From the NCBI GenBank assembly GCA_976551045.1, contig CDPCPM010000043.1, forward strand, positions 2,542,001 through 2,606,000: DNA of 64,000 nucleotides, in the 5' to 3' direction. This DNA is from Glaucostegus cemiculus (taxonomy: Eukaryota). The translations under genes and the position numbers were made by a program. A model generated the notes under the pieces. It worked only from the letters and a program-made list of their open reading frames with translations. It did not search any database and had not been told where the DNA came from. Below, piece by piece: positions 1-12,329 of the stretch; positions within the stretch are counted from its first letter, which is position 1, and every line of letters begins with the position of its first letter.

Positions 1-714
1 GTTCACACATAGCACTGCATATACGGACCAACGGTTGACTGAACATTTAGATGGAGGTAAAATAGAGAGTCTTGAGTGTTCAAAGTGGTTGAATGAATAG
101 GTGCTAAAGGCATAAAAAAGAATGAGAACTGGTGGATGCTTTAAGGGATATTTGATGAGATATGAAGGTGAGGACAGGAAGTTAATGTAATTTAGGAGGG
201 TTGAAGGTGATGATAATGTTGTGCAGTGTCAAGGACATAGGCTGCAGCAGTCTAGATAACATAGATAATGAATCTTCAGAGGACAGCCATGATAGCTCTG
301 AATAAGTCGAGCTATAAAAGCATGGATCTGAGTAAATCCTGTCGTTGCAGACTATGTGTGCAGTGTCCATTTCACAATGGCAGTGAAGGCCAGTCAAGTT
401 CTTATGTGCAAAGAAATATCCTCCAATGACAAAATGTAACTTCTTTCCATCACATATTTGTCAATTTAAGGATAAATTTTAGTAATGTCCTTCTCTTTCA
501 TTTAATGAAGAAAGAGGATGAACGTATTAAAAAATAAAATATGTCAAATAGCATTATAATGCAAACACTTGACTGGAAATTCATCCCTGCTGGAAGGCAA
601 TCAACATGCTATACAATATTCACTGCACACTGTATGCTGCCTCCAATTCATAACTTTGACCTCAACAGAGCTAAAATTTAGAGTACAATGGACCAATGAT
701 GCAATAAAATATAG

Positions 715-2600
715 ACACAAGAGACTGCAGATACTGGAATCTAGAGCAGAAAATAACTTGGAACGCATCAAGCAGTATCTGTGGAGGAAAAGGGTGGTCG
801 ACAATTCCATTTGAAAGCCTATATTGAGATTCAGAAAGATCCAGCTTCCAGCCTGCCTTGAAATTCACCTGGACTATTTCTTAAATTTTCTCTTCCTTTT
901 CTGGATCTCCTTATCTCCATCTCAGTAGACAAATTATCCACCAATATCTACTATAAACTTATGGACTCCCTCAGCTACCTCAAATACACCTCCTCGTCTC
1001 CTGTAAGGACGCAAACCCCTTCTCTCAGTTTCTCCATCTCATTGCATCTGTTCTCAACATGAGGCTTTCTGCTCCAGGACTTCTGAAAGGTCTTCCTTCT
1101 TCAGGAAACATGGCTTCCCCTCTACCATAGTTGATGGAGCTCTCAGACACATTTGCACCATTTCCTGCATGTCTGCCCTCACCACCTCATTTCCCCAGAG
1201 AGAACAGAGAAAGAATTCCTCTGGTCCTCAGCTTTCACCCCACAAGCCTCTGCAACCAGCATATCATCTGCCAGCTCCAACAGGATCCCACCACCAGCCA
1301 CATCTTCCTTTCAAACCCCCCCTTTCTGCTTTCCACAGGGATCACTCTCTCCATGGCTCACATGCAACACATGTCGCTGCAAATCCTCCCTCACCCCCAT
1401 CCAGACACTTAAACAGCCCTTCCAAGTGAGGCAAAGGTTTATGTGCACCTCCTCCAACCTGAAATATGAGGTGTTGTTCTTCATTACAGCTGACAGCTGA
1501 GGTTCTCACATGCACATAGTGCCAGGGACCAAAGACCATTTTTTTCCCCTTATGAAAGGAACAACACCTCATATTCATTTGGGTAGGCTACAGTCCAATG
1601 GCACGAACAGTGAATTTTCCAACTTCAGATAATCCACTCTGCTGATGCTGCATTCTCAACCCGAAACATTGACAATTCCTCACCCCCACAGATGCTACTC
1701 AACCCACTGAGTTTCTCCAGCAGATTGTTTATCACTCCAGATTCCAGCATCTGCAGTCTCTTGTGCCTCCCCTCCCGTGTCCCTTGATCCACACTAAGAT
1801 AAGATCTTTATTAGTCATGTGTACATTGAAACACACAGTGAAGTGCATCTTTTGCGTAGTGATTTGGGGGGGAAGCCCGCAAGTGTCGCCATGCTTCCAG
1901 CACCAACATAGCATGCCCATAACTTCCTAATCTCTACGTCTTTGGAAAGTGGGAGGAAACTGGAGCGCCTGGAGGAAACCCACACAGACACTGGGAGAAC
2001 GTACAAACTCCTTACAGACAGTGGCTGGATTTGAACTCGGGTCACTGGCACTATAAAACATTGTGCTAAACACTATGCTACCATGCTGTCCCTCTGTTCA
2101 CTGGCTCTCTTCCTCTGTTCACCTTTTCCATTACCCCTCCACCCACCCCCCAGTTAACTAGATTCTTTACTCTCCCCCACCTAGTTCTACCTGCCCATCA
2201 CCCAAACACATATCCACCCGGCTATTTTCTCCCTTGGTCTACTATCCCCTCCCTCATCTGATTCCATCTGCTCATCATGCCTCCCTTAACTGTTTCCACC
2301 TATCACCTTCTAGCTTCTGTCTCTGCCTTCGCCCACATGACTCCATCGGCCAATTTTCTTCCCATATCTGTTGTAATTTTTTCCCCCATCACTCACCAGC
2401 CTCTGCCTCAAAACCCACCCCCCACCTCTTCCCCACTCAGGTCCCTATCATCTACCAACTCCCTAACACCTCTTAATACTGCCCATCTTCCCTCTACACT
2501 CTCAATCCTAATGCAGGGTCTCAACCCAAAACATTGACCATTCTTCTGCCTTCACAGATCCTGCATGATCTGCTGAGTTCCTCCAGCAGTTTGTTTTTTG
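715..2600 (+). mobile_element. Penelope-like retroelement remnant (decayed RT C-terminus, inverted terminal segments), interrupted by a SINE at 1795-2092
   Basis: ~890-995 translates to LPFLDLLISISVDKLSTNIYYKLMDSLSYLKYTSS, resembling the Penelope RT (LPFLD...YYKPTD..YL.Y.S). Terminal motif ACACAAGAGACTGCAGATACTGGAATCT at ~715 recurs as its reverse complement at ~1735-1765; related terminal sequence at ~2550-2600. Confidence 0.75.
1795..2092 (-). mobile_element. tRNA-derived V-SINE with Rex/Babar-like 3' tail
   Basis: Minus strand shows a tRNA-like head (GAGTTCAAATCC B-box) and V-domain GGAGTTTGTACGTTCTCCCAGTGTCTGTGTGGGTTTCCTCCAGGCGCTCCAGTTTCCTCCCAC, ending AATAAAGATCTTATCTTA. Close relative at 26501-26760. 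Confidence 0.8.
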
Positions 2601-2814
2601 AATCAAGTTATTCTTGATCTTACCATTTTGAGTGATCCCCAAGATTAAATCACATCCTATTATCATGAAGATTATTAATTCCATCACTGCAAATTATTGC
2701 CTCTGACTCTAGTTCAAGCATTATTTAAATACAAGGAGTTTCATTATTTAAATAACCTGGCTATATCCACACAAAAAAAAAATTCATTTGAGATTGCCTA
2801 TGAAACTCAAAAAA

Positions 2815-2975
2815 ATCTGGAGCTGCTGGAAACCCAAAATAAAAACAGAAAATGCTCCAAAAAATTCAGCATTCTTCTTCCTTCTGATGAAAGGCCTTCG
2901 ATCTGAAACATTAACTGTTTCTCTTTCTACGGATGCTGTTTGATGTGCTAAGTTTTTCCAACATTTTCTATTTTT
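2815..2975. mobile_element. Short fold-back Penelope-terminus element containing a hammerhead-core-like motif
   Basis: AAATAAAAACAGAAAATGCT pairs imperfectly with AACATTTTCTATTTTT; CTGATGA...GAAAC at 2884-2909. Confidence 0.55.
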
Positions 2976-4329
2976 AGATGAGACTCGCTTTCCAATGTTT
3001 TTTTTCCAGCAGTCTGAGTCAATATACTTTCCTTTACTTCTTTAAATATGTAGATGTATTCTGACTGCTACTTTACCCAAGGGCCCGTGAGCAGTTACAG
3101 AATATCCATCATAAAAAGTTAATGAGAAGAGTCAAGCTCAGGAAAGGTCCCACAATTAAAAAAAATCATGGGGCTGATGGATCAGTGTGCTCATCCAGAG
3201 CTGACAAGTTTGAGCTAGCCCTGGTCCTAATACTTCAGGAGGAAACTGCATAAGGCAAGCAGATAAGACCATACAATTGAAATCACCCAACCTCACATTT
3301 TCAAGACTATAATACTTGCCTTAGCTCCTGTCCTCACAATTCCCACCCCCAGTTAATATTGAGATCAATGTCAACTCTGAACTAAACTATTTCAAATGCA
3401 CTGCCAATCTGCTATTCACCACCCTCTATTAAATCCAACTTTAATAAATCTTGGATCCACCTGGTTTCTGTAATTTAATGCCATGCAGCCCTCCCCAAGT
3501 CCTCTATTTTTGTTGAGAATTGACTTTTATGCTCCATCCTTCTCTTTTCCATATCATTAATGGCAAAATCTTCAGTTTCCAAGAATAAAACCCAGATGCT
3601 ATATCCCTAAATACCTATACCTAGAATCCTAATTTTTTGTTATCGTATGCCTTTTTGTAAAAGACCTTGAAATATTTATTTAATACTAAGCTGTTTTATA
3701 CCTGTAATTTTTTATTGTCCCATAATTCACATACTGTATAATGACCTTTCTTCTTAAAGTTATTTAATTGTACCTAGAAATATTGATTAGAGAAATTGAT
3801 CTCTACAAATCTGGCCATTTTTGAAATGTTAGAAAACATCTAGGCTGCCTCCTTATTTCCAATTTATCACGGAGCTAAAGCTTTTTGGTTGATATGCTTC
3901 TGGCATGAAGAATTAATTTTGGGATAATGCCAGTCCAATCATCTAACAGACATAAACTTAAATATTTAGACCTACAAGCTATTTTTATCTCTGGTGTGAT
4001 GGATATAACCAGTACTTTTTATTAAAGTACATGAAGTATACATAATTCCATAAAAGGATTCAGAAACTTTGCTAAGACAAATGCCAAGTGATAATGAGTT
4101 ATCCTTAAATTACCTCAGTTTTTAAACAAGAATACAAGAAGTTCCCTTGATGGGAAAAAGTGATGGGTAGTGGGCAAAGAGGATTCAAAACTCTAAAAAC
4201 TGCTTTTAAAAAGGGTGTAGAGATTTTGCACAGCTGATCCTGAAGTGTAATGATTACAGAGTGTAGGTTTTGGTGAGTGAGAGACTTTGGTAAGTGAGAG
4301 GCTTTGGTGAAGAGGATGTTTGATGAGGG

Positions 4330-7225
4330 GGTTTTGTCCTTTCTTTAATTCTTTCAGGGACTTTGGATTGCAGTTGTTTAGTGCTAAAATTGGAGAAAGT
4401 CACTAGTGCAGTTGTTGGTGTTTAAAGCAGAGAAAGGTCACTAGCATGGTACTCTGAATTATAAGAGGTAACTAAGCGATGATCCAAGGGTATGACAAGA
4501 AATGTTAGAGCCATAGTTATGCTCCTCCTGCACAATGTAAGAAATCAGGGTCACTTCCAGTGTCTCTGGTGATCATATGGAGAAGTGTGTCCAGCTGCAG
4601 CTCCATAGTGCAGTACATTTAGCAAGATGGTCACAGCTCAACCACAGGCAGGAAGGCCATGGGAATCCACAAGGAAGAGCAATAGGTGAAGGCAGGTAGG
4701 ACAGAAGTCTGCTGTAGCCATTTCCCTCTCAAATAGGCATATCATTTTGGAAATTGTGGAGGTATGACCAAATTTGTGGCACCATGGTTAGCTCTGCTGG
4801 ACAGCAGGGGAAGAAAATGACTAGGCAAACAATAGTGGTAGTTAACTCTATAGTGAGGGAAACATAGACATTTCTGTAGTTGTAAACAAGACTCCCAGAT
4901 GGTACATTACCTTCCTGGTGTCTGGGATAGGGATGTCAGACTGGCTGTAGGGCATTTTGAAACAGAAGCGTAATGAGCAAGAGGTAGGTAGAAAGCAGAA
5001 TAAGATCCTGCAACATGAAGTTAGCAAGTCAAATTGAAGGTTAAAGAGCAGGGCTTCCAAGGCTGTAATCTCTGGCTCACTTCTGGTGCCACATCTGAGT
5101 ACAGCAGTAGATGAATGTGTGGCTAAAGAGATGGTGCAGGAGGGAGATCTTTAGATACTTGAATCATCTGAATGCTTCTGGGGCAAGTGGGACTTGTACA
5201 AGCAGGATAGGTAGCACTGAACTGGAGGGGAACCAATATCCTTCCAAGTGGAAGGATATTGTAGGAGGGTGGACTTAAATCAACTTGGCACCAAGATGGT
5301 ACAGCAGGTGAGGAGATGGAGTCAAACATAGATAATAAACTAAGCAGTCCTGTAGGCAGAGCAGATGGAGACATAATAAGGCACAAGGGAACACCGGTAG
5401 ACTAAACTGCATTTATTTTAAAGCAAAGAGCCTGATGAATAAGACTGATGAGCTTAGAGCATTGATCAGCAAATGGGAATACAATATTATTTCCATCACA
5501 GAAAGGTGGCTGAAGACGGGCAAGACTGGCACCTCAGAATCCCAGGACATAGAAATTTCGAGAGTGGGACAGGTAAAAAAAGAAAGGAGGGGGCATTGCA
5601 CAATTGATTAACATCACTGCACTACTCAGGGAAGATGTCCTGGAAGATTTTTCAAATGAGGCAATATGGGTAGAAATTACTACAGGGCCCTAACAGTCAG
5701 TTGGAGATAAAGGAGCAGATATGTGGGCAAATCACAGAAAGGTGTTAAAACACTAGTGTTATAGTAGTGGGAGATTCTAACTTCCCAATTTTGACTGGAA
5801 TTGCCTTAGTGCGAGGGGTTTGAAGGAGTGGAACATGTAAAGTTCATCCAGGAGAGTTTTTTCAGTAAGTACATCCATAGCCCTACTACAGATGAAGCTG
5901 TACTGGACTTGGGAAATGAAACCGGGCAAGTGATAGAGCACTTAGGAATAGTGACCTTAATTCTGAAAATTTCAAGGTAGGTACAGAAAGGAATAAGGAG
6001 TCAAGGTTCAAAAGTTAAGGTCCTAAATTGGGGGAAGGCTGCTTTAAATAACACAAAGGCAAGACCTGGCGTAAGTAGATTGAGCACAGCTGCATATGGA
6101 TAGAACAATAAAACTGGTAAATTGGTTTATTATTGTCACATATACTGAGGTAGTGAAAAAGTTATCTTGCATACTGTTCATACAGATCAATTCATTACAA
6201 CAGTGCATTGAGGTAGTACAAGGTAAAACAAAAACAGAATGTAGAATAAAGTGTTATGGTTACAGAGAAAGTGCAGTACGGGAAGACAATGAGGTGCAAG
6301 GTCATAACATGGTAGATTGTGAGGTCAAAAGTCCATTTTAGCATATGAGGGGACTGTTCAATAGTCTTATATCAGTGGGATAGAAACTGTCCTTGAGGCT
6401 GGTGGTATATGCTTTCAGGCTTTTGTATCTTCTGCCTGATGCAAGGGGGGAGAAGAGAGAATGTTTGGGGTGGGTAGGATCTTTGATCATTTTGGCTGCT
6501 TTACTGAGGCAACGAGAAGTGTAGACGGAATCCATGAGGGAAGGCTGGTTTCTGTGTGCATAACTCTTTGCAGTTTTCTGCAGTCACGGGCAGAGCAGTT
6601 GCCATACCAAGATAGGATGCTTTTCATTGTACATCAATAAAAATTGGTGAAAGTGGTAGCCTATTTAAAGTAAGACAGTGAGAATTCATGGCCAACATGT
6701 TCCTGAAAGGGTGAACAGCAAGGATGGCAAGATTAGGGAATGCTGGACAACAAGGACTTTTAAGTTTGATTGAAAGAAAAGGAAGCATATTGTATTTACA
6801 GATGACTGAAAATGGAGAGACCCTTGAAGAGTATAGCATGTAGGAGAGTACTTACAAAAGAAATTAGGAGGGCAAAGAGGGGCCATTAAATATCACTGGC
6901 ACACAAGATTAAGGAATAATTCCAAGGCATTTTGTAAGTATATTGGGAGCAAGAAGGTACCCAGGGAAAGAGTTGTTTCCTCTGTGTATAAAGGGAGGGG
7001 TCTTAAATGAATACTTCTCATCTGTATTCATGAAAGAAGAAGAGATGGTAAATAGAGAGTTAAGGGAGATGAACAGTGATATTTAGAGCATGTTAACATT
7101 AAGGAGGAGGCATTAAATACATCGGAGCAAGTAAAAGTAGATAAATCACCAGGGCCTGGTGAGATGTATCCCAGGATATTAAAAGAAGCAAGGATTGCTG
7201 GGGCCCTGACGGAGATTTTTTGCAA
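4330..7225 (+). mobile_element. Decayed CR1 LINE 5' part (ORF1 esterase region, APE endonuclease, start of RT region), interrupted by a Rex fragment
   Basis: VVVNSIVRE (GDSIVRG-like) ~4835-4860; LNCIYFKAKSLMNKTDEL ~5400; ITERWL; GDSNFP ~5770; DKSPGPGEMYPRILKE ~7140. Many stops and frameshifts. Confidence 0.8.
6110..6650 (-). mobile_element. Rex1/Babar-type LINE 3' fragment inserted in CR1
   Basis: ORF 6338-6535 reads RCLSKAAKMIKDPTHPKHSLFSPLASGRRYKSLKAYTTSLKDSFYP, the typical Rex1 C-terminus; 3' UTR ends with GACAATAATAAACCAATTTACC. Confidence 0.8.
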
Positions 7226-7309
7226 CTTTGCTAGGCCAGATGCAAGGTACCAGATTGTTCAAATAATTAATGGAATACCCTTTTGTTTACATGTTCTTTC
7301 ATCTCAGAG

Positions 7310-8170
7310 TTATAGAGTTGAAGAGCATAGAAACAGGTCCATTGGCTCACCACAACCATACTGACCATTGCACTTATCTATTCTAATCCCATTTAACCAC
7401 ATTTAAACTGTAGCCTTCCATACCTTGGTGACTCAAGTATTTATCTAGATGCTACTTATTTGTGAGAGTATCTGCCTCCACCACCTTCTTAGGCAGTGTG
7501 TTCCAGATCCCAAATATACTGTGTAATGGGGAGGGGGGGGGGAACCCTCAAAATCCCTATTAAACCTTCCATATCTCTCGTTATACCTATGCCCTTTTGT
7601 TTAAGACACTCCTAACATGGGGAAAAGATTCTTACTATTTACTGTCCACATAATTTTGTATACCTCTATCAAGTCATCCCTCAGCCTCCTTCATTCCAGG
7701 GGAAACAAACCCAGTCTATTCAATCTCTCCTTATAACTGAAATGCTCCAATCCTTGCAACACCCTCTCTAGAGCAATCACAACCTATAGTGTGGTGAGTA
7801 GACTGCAAACAATACTCCAGGTGTGGCCTAACTAATGTCTTTATAATGATTTAATATTACATCCCTGCTCTTATATTCTAAGCCATGAATGAAGGCAAAT
7901 ATTCCATATCTGTTCTTCACCACCCTTTCTAACCGTGCTGTCATTTTCAGGGATCTAGAGACTTGTAGTCCGATGTCTCTCTGTTCATCAATACTCCGTA
8001 GGGCTATCCATTTACTCTGTTTGTCGTACTCTTATTTGACAGCCCCCTCCCACAAAATGCATAATTTCACACTTGTCAGGACTAAATTCCATGTGCCATT
8101 GCTCCACCCAATTTTCCAGCTGATCTATGTCATAAAACAGAATAACATAATCCTTCTCGCTATCTACAAC
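7310..8170 (-). mobile_element. CR1 LINE 3' fragment
   Basis: DIDQLENWVEQWHMEFSPDKCEIMHF in ORF 8012-8224; VRPHLEY-like motif ~7820; CR1-type 3' end at ~7310-7345. Confidence 0.8.
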
Positions 8171-9714
8171 ATCACCGGAGGATGAGTACAGCTGACAGCT
8201 GAAATTCTTATGTGCCAGAGACAAAAGACAAATTTTTCCCTTTTGAATCCAATGGTGTAATGTCCTTTTAAATGGATGGAGGCTATTTTGTAGCTTAATT
8301 CACAAATGCAGAAAATGGATAAGAACTCTAATACTTAATCATCTCAAAACACTTGGGAACGTACCAATTATTTTGTATTCAATAATAAAGTTTGAAGTAT
8401 TGTACTTAAAAGGTTCAATGAATTTATACATTGGAAGTAGATTTTCAATTTACCACCCTAGTGCAAAACTGCTGCTGTCATTCAGTTGTAAGTTAATGGA
8501 AACTCCCTTATTTTCATTTCCATTGAATTAAACTGGTGATGAGTGAGATCTGTTTTAAAGATTTCCCCCATTACAAAAAATATTTTAATATTATGGATAA
8601 ATTCAGATAATATTACATAGTTGTAAAAAAAATTAAATCAACATTTTCTTCAACCCAGAAAATTTGTACCAGTTGGTTTGTATTGTTAATTGCTCCAATT
8701 GCTCGGAGTTTCTGTATTGAGATCCCTCAGTAAATCATGGTGGGGGGAGGAGGACTTTGTTCCTTAAATGAATGTACAAACCACAAATCATAAAAACTGC
8801 TGATTTCACAAAACATTTGGATCCTTAAAAGTTGACTGTTTCTCATATATTTATACAGCATCAAACATTCTAAGTGTGGTTTAATAAATCTAGTACAGAA
8901 TGGTAGTGAATCCATAATTTTGTGCACGAGTTGGTTAGTTGTATATTTGCATGTCTGTTTCTTCAAGACAGTTCTCTGGAAATTACATTTTCAATACCTG
9001 TTGATTGAAGGCAACCTTATCATTAGGTGAAGGGTGATAACAACCATTTCTAGATCACTGATAAAATTTAAAACAAGTTGTCCCAGATGTGATCATGTGA
9101 TACACACCAAAGACAACTAGATCTTCACAGTGGAGTACTGGACAGGAACTCCACTAATGGGAGCCCCAAACTTCTAGGCCCTTAGCTTCACCTTGTATAA
9201 ATCAGTGTTTTTCATTGCAAGGTGGTTCTGATCACCCTAAAAGCAGCCAACAAGTGATTGAGAACTGTGACCAAAGATGGCCTAGAATGGAGTTGAGTGT
9301 GCGGATGGAGTGTCACAAGGAATATGCATCCAGGAGCAGGGGATAAAAACGTGGCTGATAACAAGAAATTTCACCAAGAGGCCAAGACAAAGCAAGGCCA
9401 GGCCAAGCAGATATGCCCAGAGAGGTGGGAATGTTAAAATCATTCACCTGAACTCTTCAACACTAAAATATTGTGCTGCAGCTTGAAATGGAGGAATCAA
9501 ATTGTACAAATTTTCCAGGCAGTACTATCTGACATTTCCCAACACCCACTTTCAACTCCTTAAATATGGTGAAGATAGAAAAAAATACATAATAATATAG
9601 CTTTATTTATCCAACAGAGCCTTTTCAAAAAGCTTGGAATCTATCCAAAAAATTCTGTTTAAATATGTGTCAAGTTGATGTGATTTATCATGGGATTTAT
9701 CCATAGTGGCATAA

Positions 9715-10410
9715 ACTTATACAGCATGGAAACAGGCCCTTCAGCCCAACTCGACCCCACCTGAGCTAGTCCTGTCTGCCTGCATTTGGTCCACGTTCCT
9801 TTAAATCTTTCCTATCCATGTACCTGTTCAAATATCTTTTAAACATTTTAACTGTGCCACCTCTGCCAGTTCCTCTGGTAGCTCTCTCATATGTGAACTT
9901 TCCACACTGTGTGTGGAAAGTTTGCTCCTCCAGTCCCCTTTAAATCTTTCCCTCTCATCTTAAACCTATGCCCTCTAGTTTTAGACTCCTCTACCCTGGG
10001 AAAAGAACTGTAACCATTCACTTAATCTGTGTCCTTCATGATTTTATATACCTCCGTAAAGGTTACCCTCACTTAGCCTCCTACACTCCAGAGAAAACAG
10101 CCCCAGGCCCTCCAGTCCTGGTAACATCCATGTGAATCTTTTCTGCACCTTTTCCAGCTAAATTACACCCTTCCATCATTAGCTGACCAGAACTGCACAC
10201 AATACTCCAAGTGCGGTCTCACCAACATCTTGTACAGCTGTAACATTACATTGCAACTCCTGCAGTTAATGCCTTGACCGATGAAGGCTAGCGTGCCAAA
10301 TACCTTCTTCACCATGTCTATCTGTTTCACCACTTTCAGGGAACTATGTACTTGCACCCCTCGGTCTCCCTGTTCTACAACACTTTCCAGGGCTCTGCCA
10401 TTTACTGCTA
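9715..10410 (-). mobile_element. CR1 LINE 3' fragment
   Basis: ORF 10163-10495 contains LQLYKMLVRPHLEYCVQFWS; 3' end GGAAACAGGCCCTTCAGCCC on plus strand. Confidence 0.85.
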
Positions 10411-11326
10411 TTGGCAAAATATTTTCTATCAGTGTGCAGACATCTTGTGTATTAAGAAACTGATACTTTCTTAGGGACCTGAGCAAATTTTTCATATCAA
10501 GAATTTTTAATCTATCATGTGAATATTCTAAAGTAAGTTAATAAGTCTGCAAAAATAGTTGTTAAGAATATACTGAACACCAGTATGTATCCATGAGCTG
10601 AATTTTAATATCCAGGAGTATGTGGGTTCAGATATGGATGTAGATTAACTGTGCAATTGAGAGTACATTGAGGATGCTGCCTTAAACCACAAACTTCCAT
10701 ATTTCACACCAGATGACGTGCTTGGGACCTCCACAGTAAGTTGTCAATAACCACATTCAATTGCTCAATTAGAATGATATTTCAACACATATTTAAACTT
10801 AAGCCCATACACGCAAAGTGAAGATTCAGGAGGATAAAACTGATGAAATTTCAAGGAAATATGCCAATAAATTTTGATGGCTCAGATGTGTTTTCTTAGT
10901 AGCTGGTGAAGAAGAGTTTGTTCTTGAGATTTCTTTCTGTATATGAATTTTCCTCTCAGGATGGATGCAACTTCAGCTGAGTTTCAAAGTCCATTACACC
11001 TGAGCTATTCTTGGTCTTATCCTAGTTGCATATCAAATGTTCCTGGTCCACTGCACCTGTGCTGTTCTTATGCTTACCCTATCTGCACACCACTCATTTC
11101 TAGTGTCTTAGACCTTGCAGATCAAATATTTAAATTACTCTTTAATAAGTATGATGTCAAAAGATGTAACTGCAAACCTGTAACTGCACAGGAGACAGAA
11201 AAGCAGTAATAGCAACTGGCAGAAAAGTGAGTAACAGTGGGTGAACTCACAGGAGACATGACCCAACAAGCAGAATCTTACAGACAAATGTTCTTTTTTT
11301 TTGTTGACACATTTGAATGCTAGTAT

Positions 11327-11666
11327 CTCAGGATGTCATGTCAAATGGTGGCAGACATGTGCAGGCTCCTAAAACAAAACCTTCTGGACTAGGATGCCAT
11401 TCATTATAAATAGTTGTTTAAAAAACACAATTACTTCTGTTTGGCCCCCAGGTCCTTCTTGAATTGTGCCCCAGATGTATCCAATCCCACAGAAGGCTAT
11501 CCACAAATGTTTTGGATGGTTCATTAATGGTTTATTTGCCAAGATCACAATTCCATTAATTCTACCTACAATTGAAATGAGTGGGTATTTAGCATCATGG
11601 CTGTAGCTGGTTTCCAAAAAGTGCACAGTGCAATCAATTGAAAACAAGTGTCAATCCAGGCACCCT
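11327..11666 (+). mobile_element. PIF/Harbinger transposase fossil (N-terminal part)
   Basis: Manual translation: LRMSCQMVADMCRLL (11327-), then AVAGFQKVHSAIN*KQVSIQAP (~11600-11666), matching the Harbinger/HARBI1 motif IAGFP.V.GAIDCTHV.I.AP. Confidence 0.65.
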
Positions 11667-12329
11667 GTAACCCCCAGTTCCTGGAAGAGAAGGAATATCT
11701 AATGGAAACTTAACTTATAGCAGCTACCAGAAATCCGAAGCACTAGAAGTACCATATCACTAAAAGATGTGCATTTGAAAAGGCTAATTGCATGCAGAAA
11801 AAATGTATTTCAAGCATTTTAGTAGGTAAGGAGACATCTTAACAGTCGTAGAGAAAACAATGCTGTCTATTATTGGGTGCCTGTTGCTGTCACGCTCATT
11901 GACAATGTTGGAGCTCAAACCATGGAAGACAATGGTTTCTACATACAATGTTTTTTCTCATATCCTGCCACTCCTGAGCTCACATTCTCCACTAATTTAT
12001 GATGGTGGAAGAATACAATGCTATGATGCTGCACTCCATAGTTGGGCATGCTAGAACTGAACTAGAACATTATCCAAAGCATTTTGCAGCCTCCTTCACT
12101 GGAAATCAAGAGTTTACTGCAATCATAGGGATATCACTTTTTGTAGGACCACTAGATCAGGCAAAGTGGCACAAAAGGGATGCACGAGTGATTAGTTGAA
12201 TGGAATTTGGGATTTTTATTTTTGTATTGTGGCCAAGCAAAACTGACACTGTGATGGTCAGTGATAGAAGGAAGATTGGGTTATGAGGGGGAATTGTGAA
12301 TCATTGATACTGGTGTTGCACTTGGTTGA

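Noticed and set aside
8727-8966. Possible next CCDC146 exon (contains a CKYT string)
   Set aside because: No convincing similarity to the expected continuation and no matching splice sites identified.
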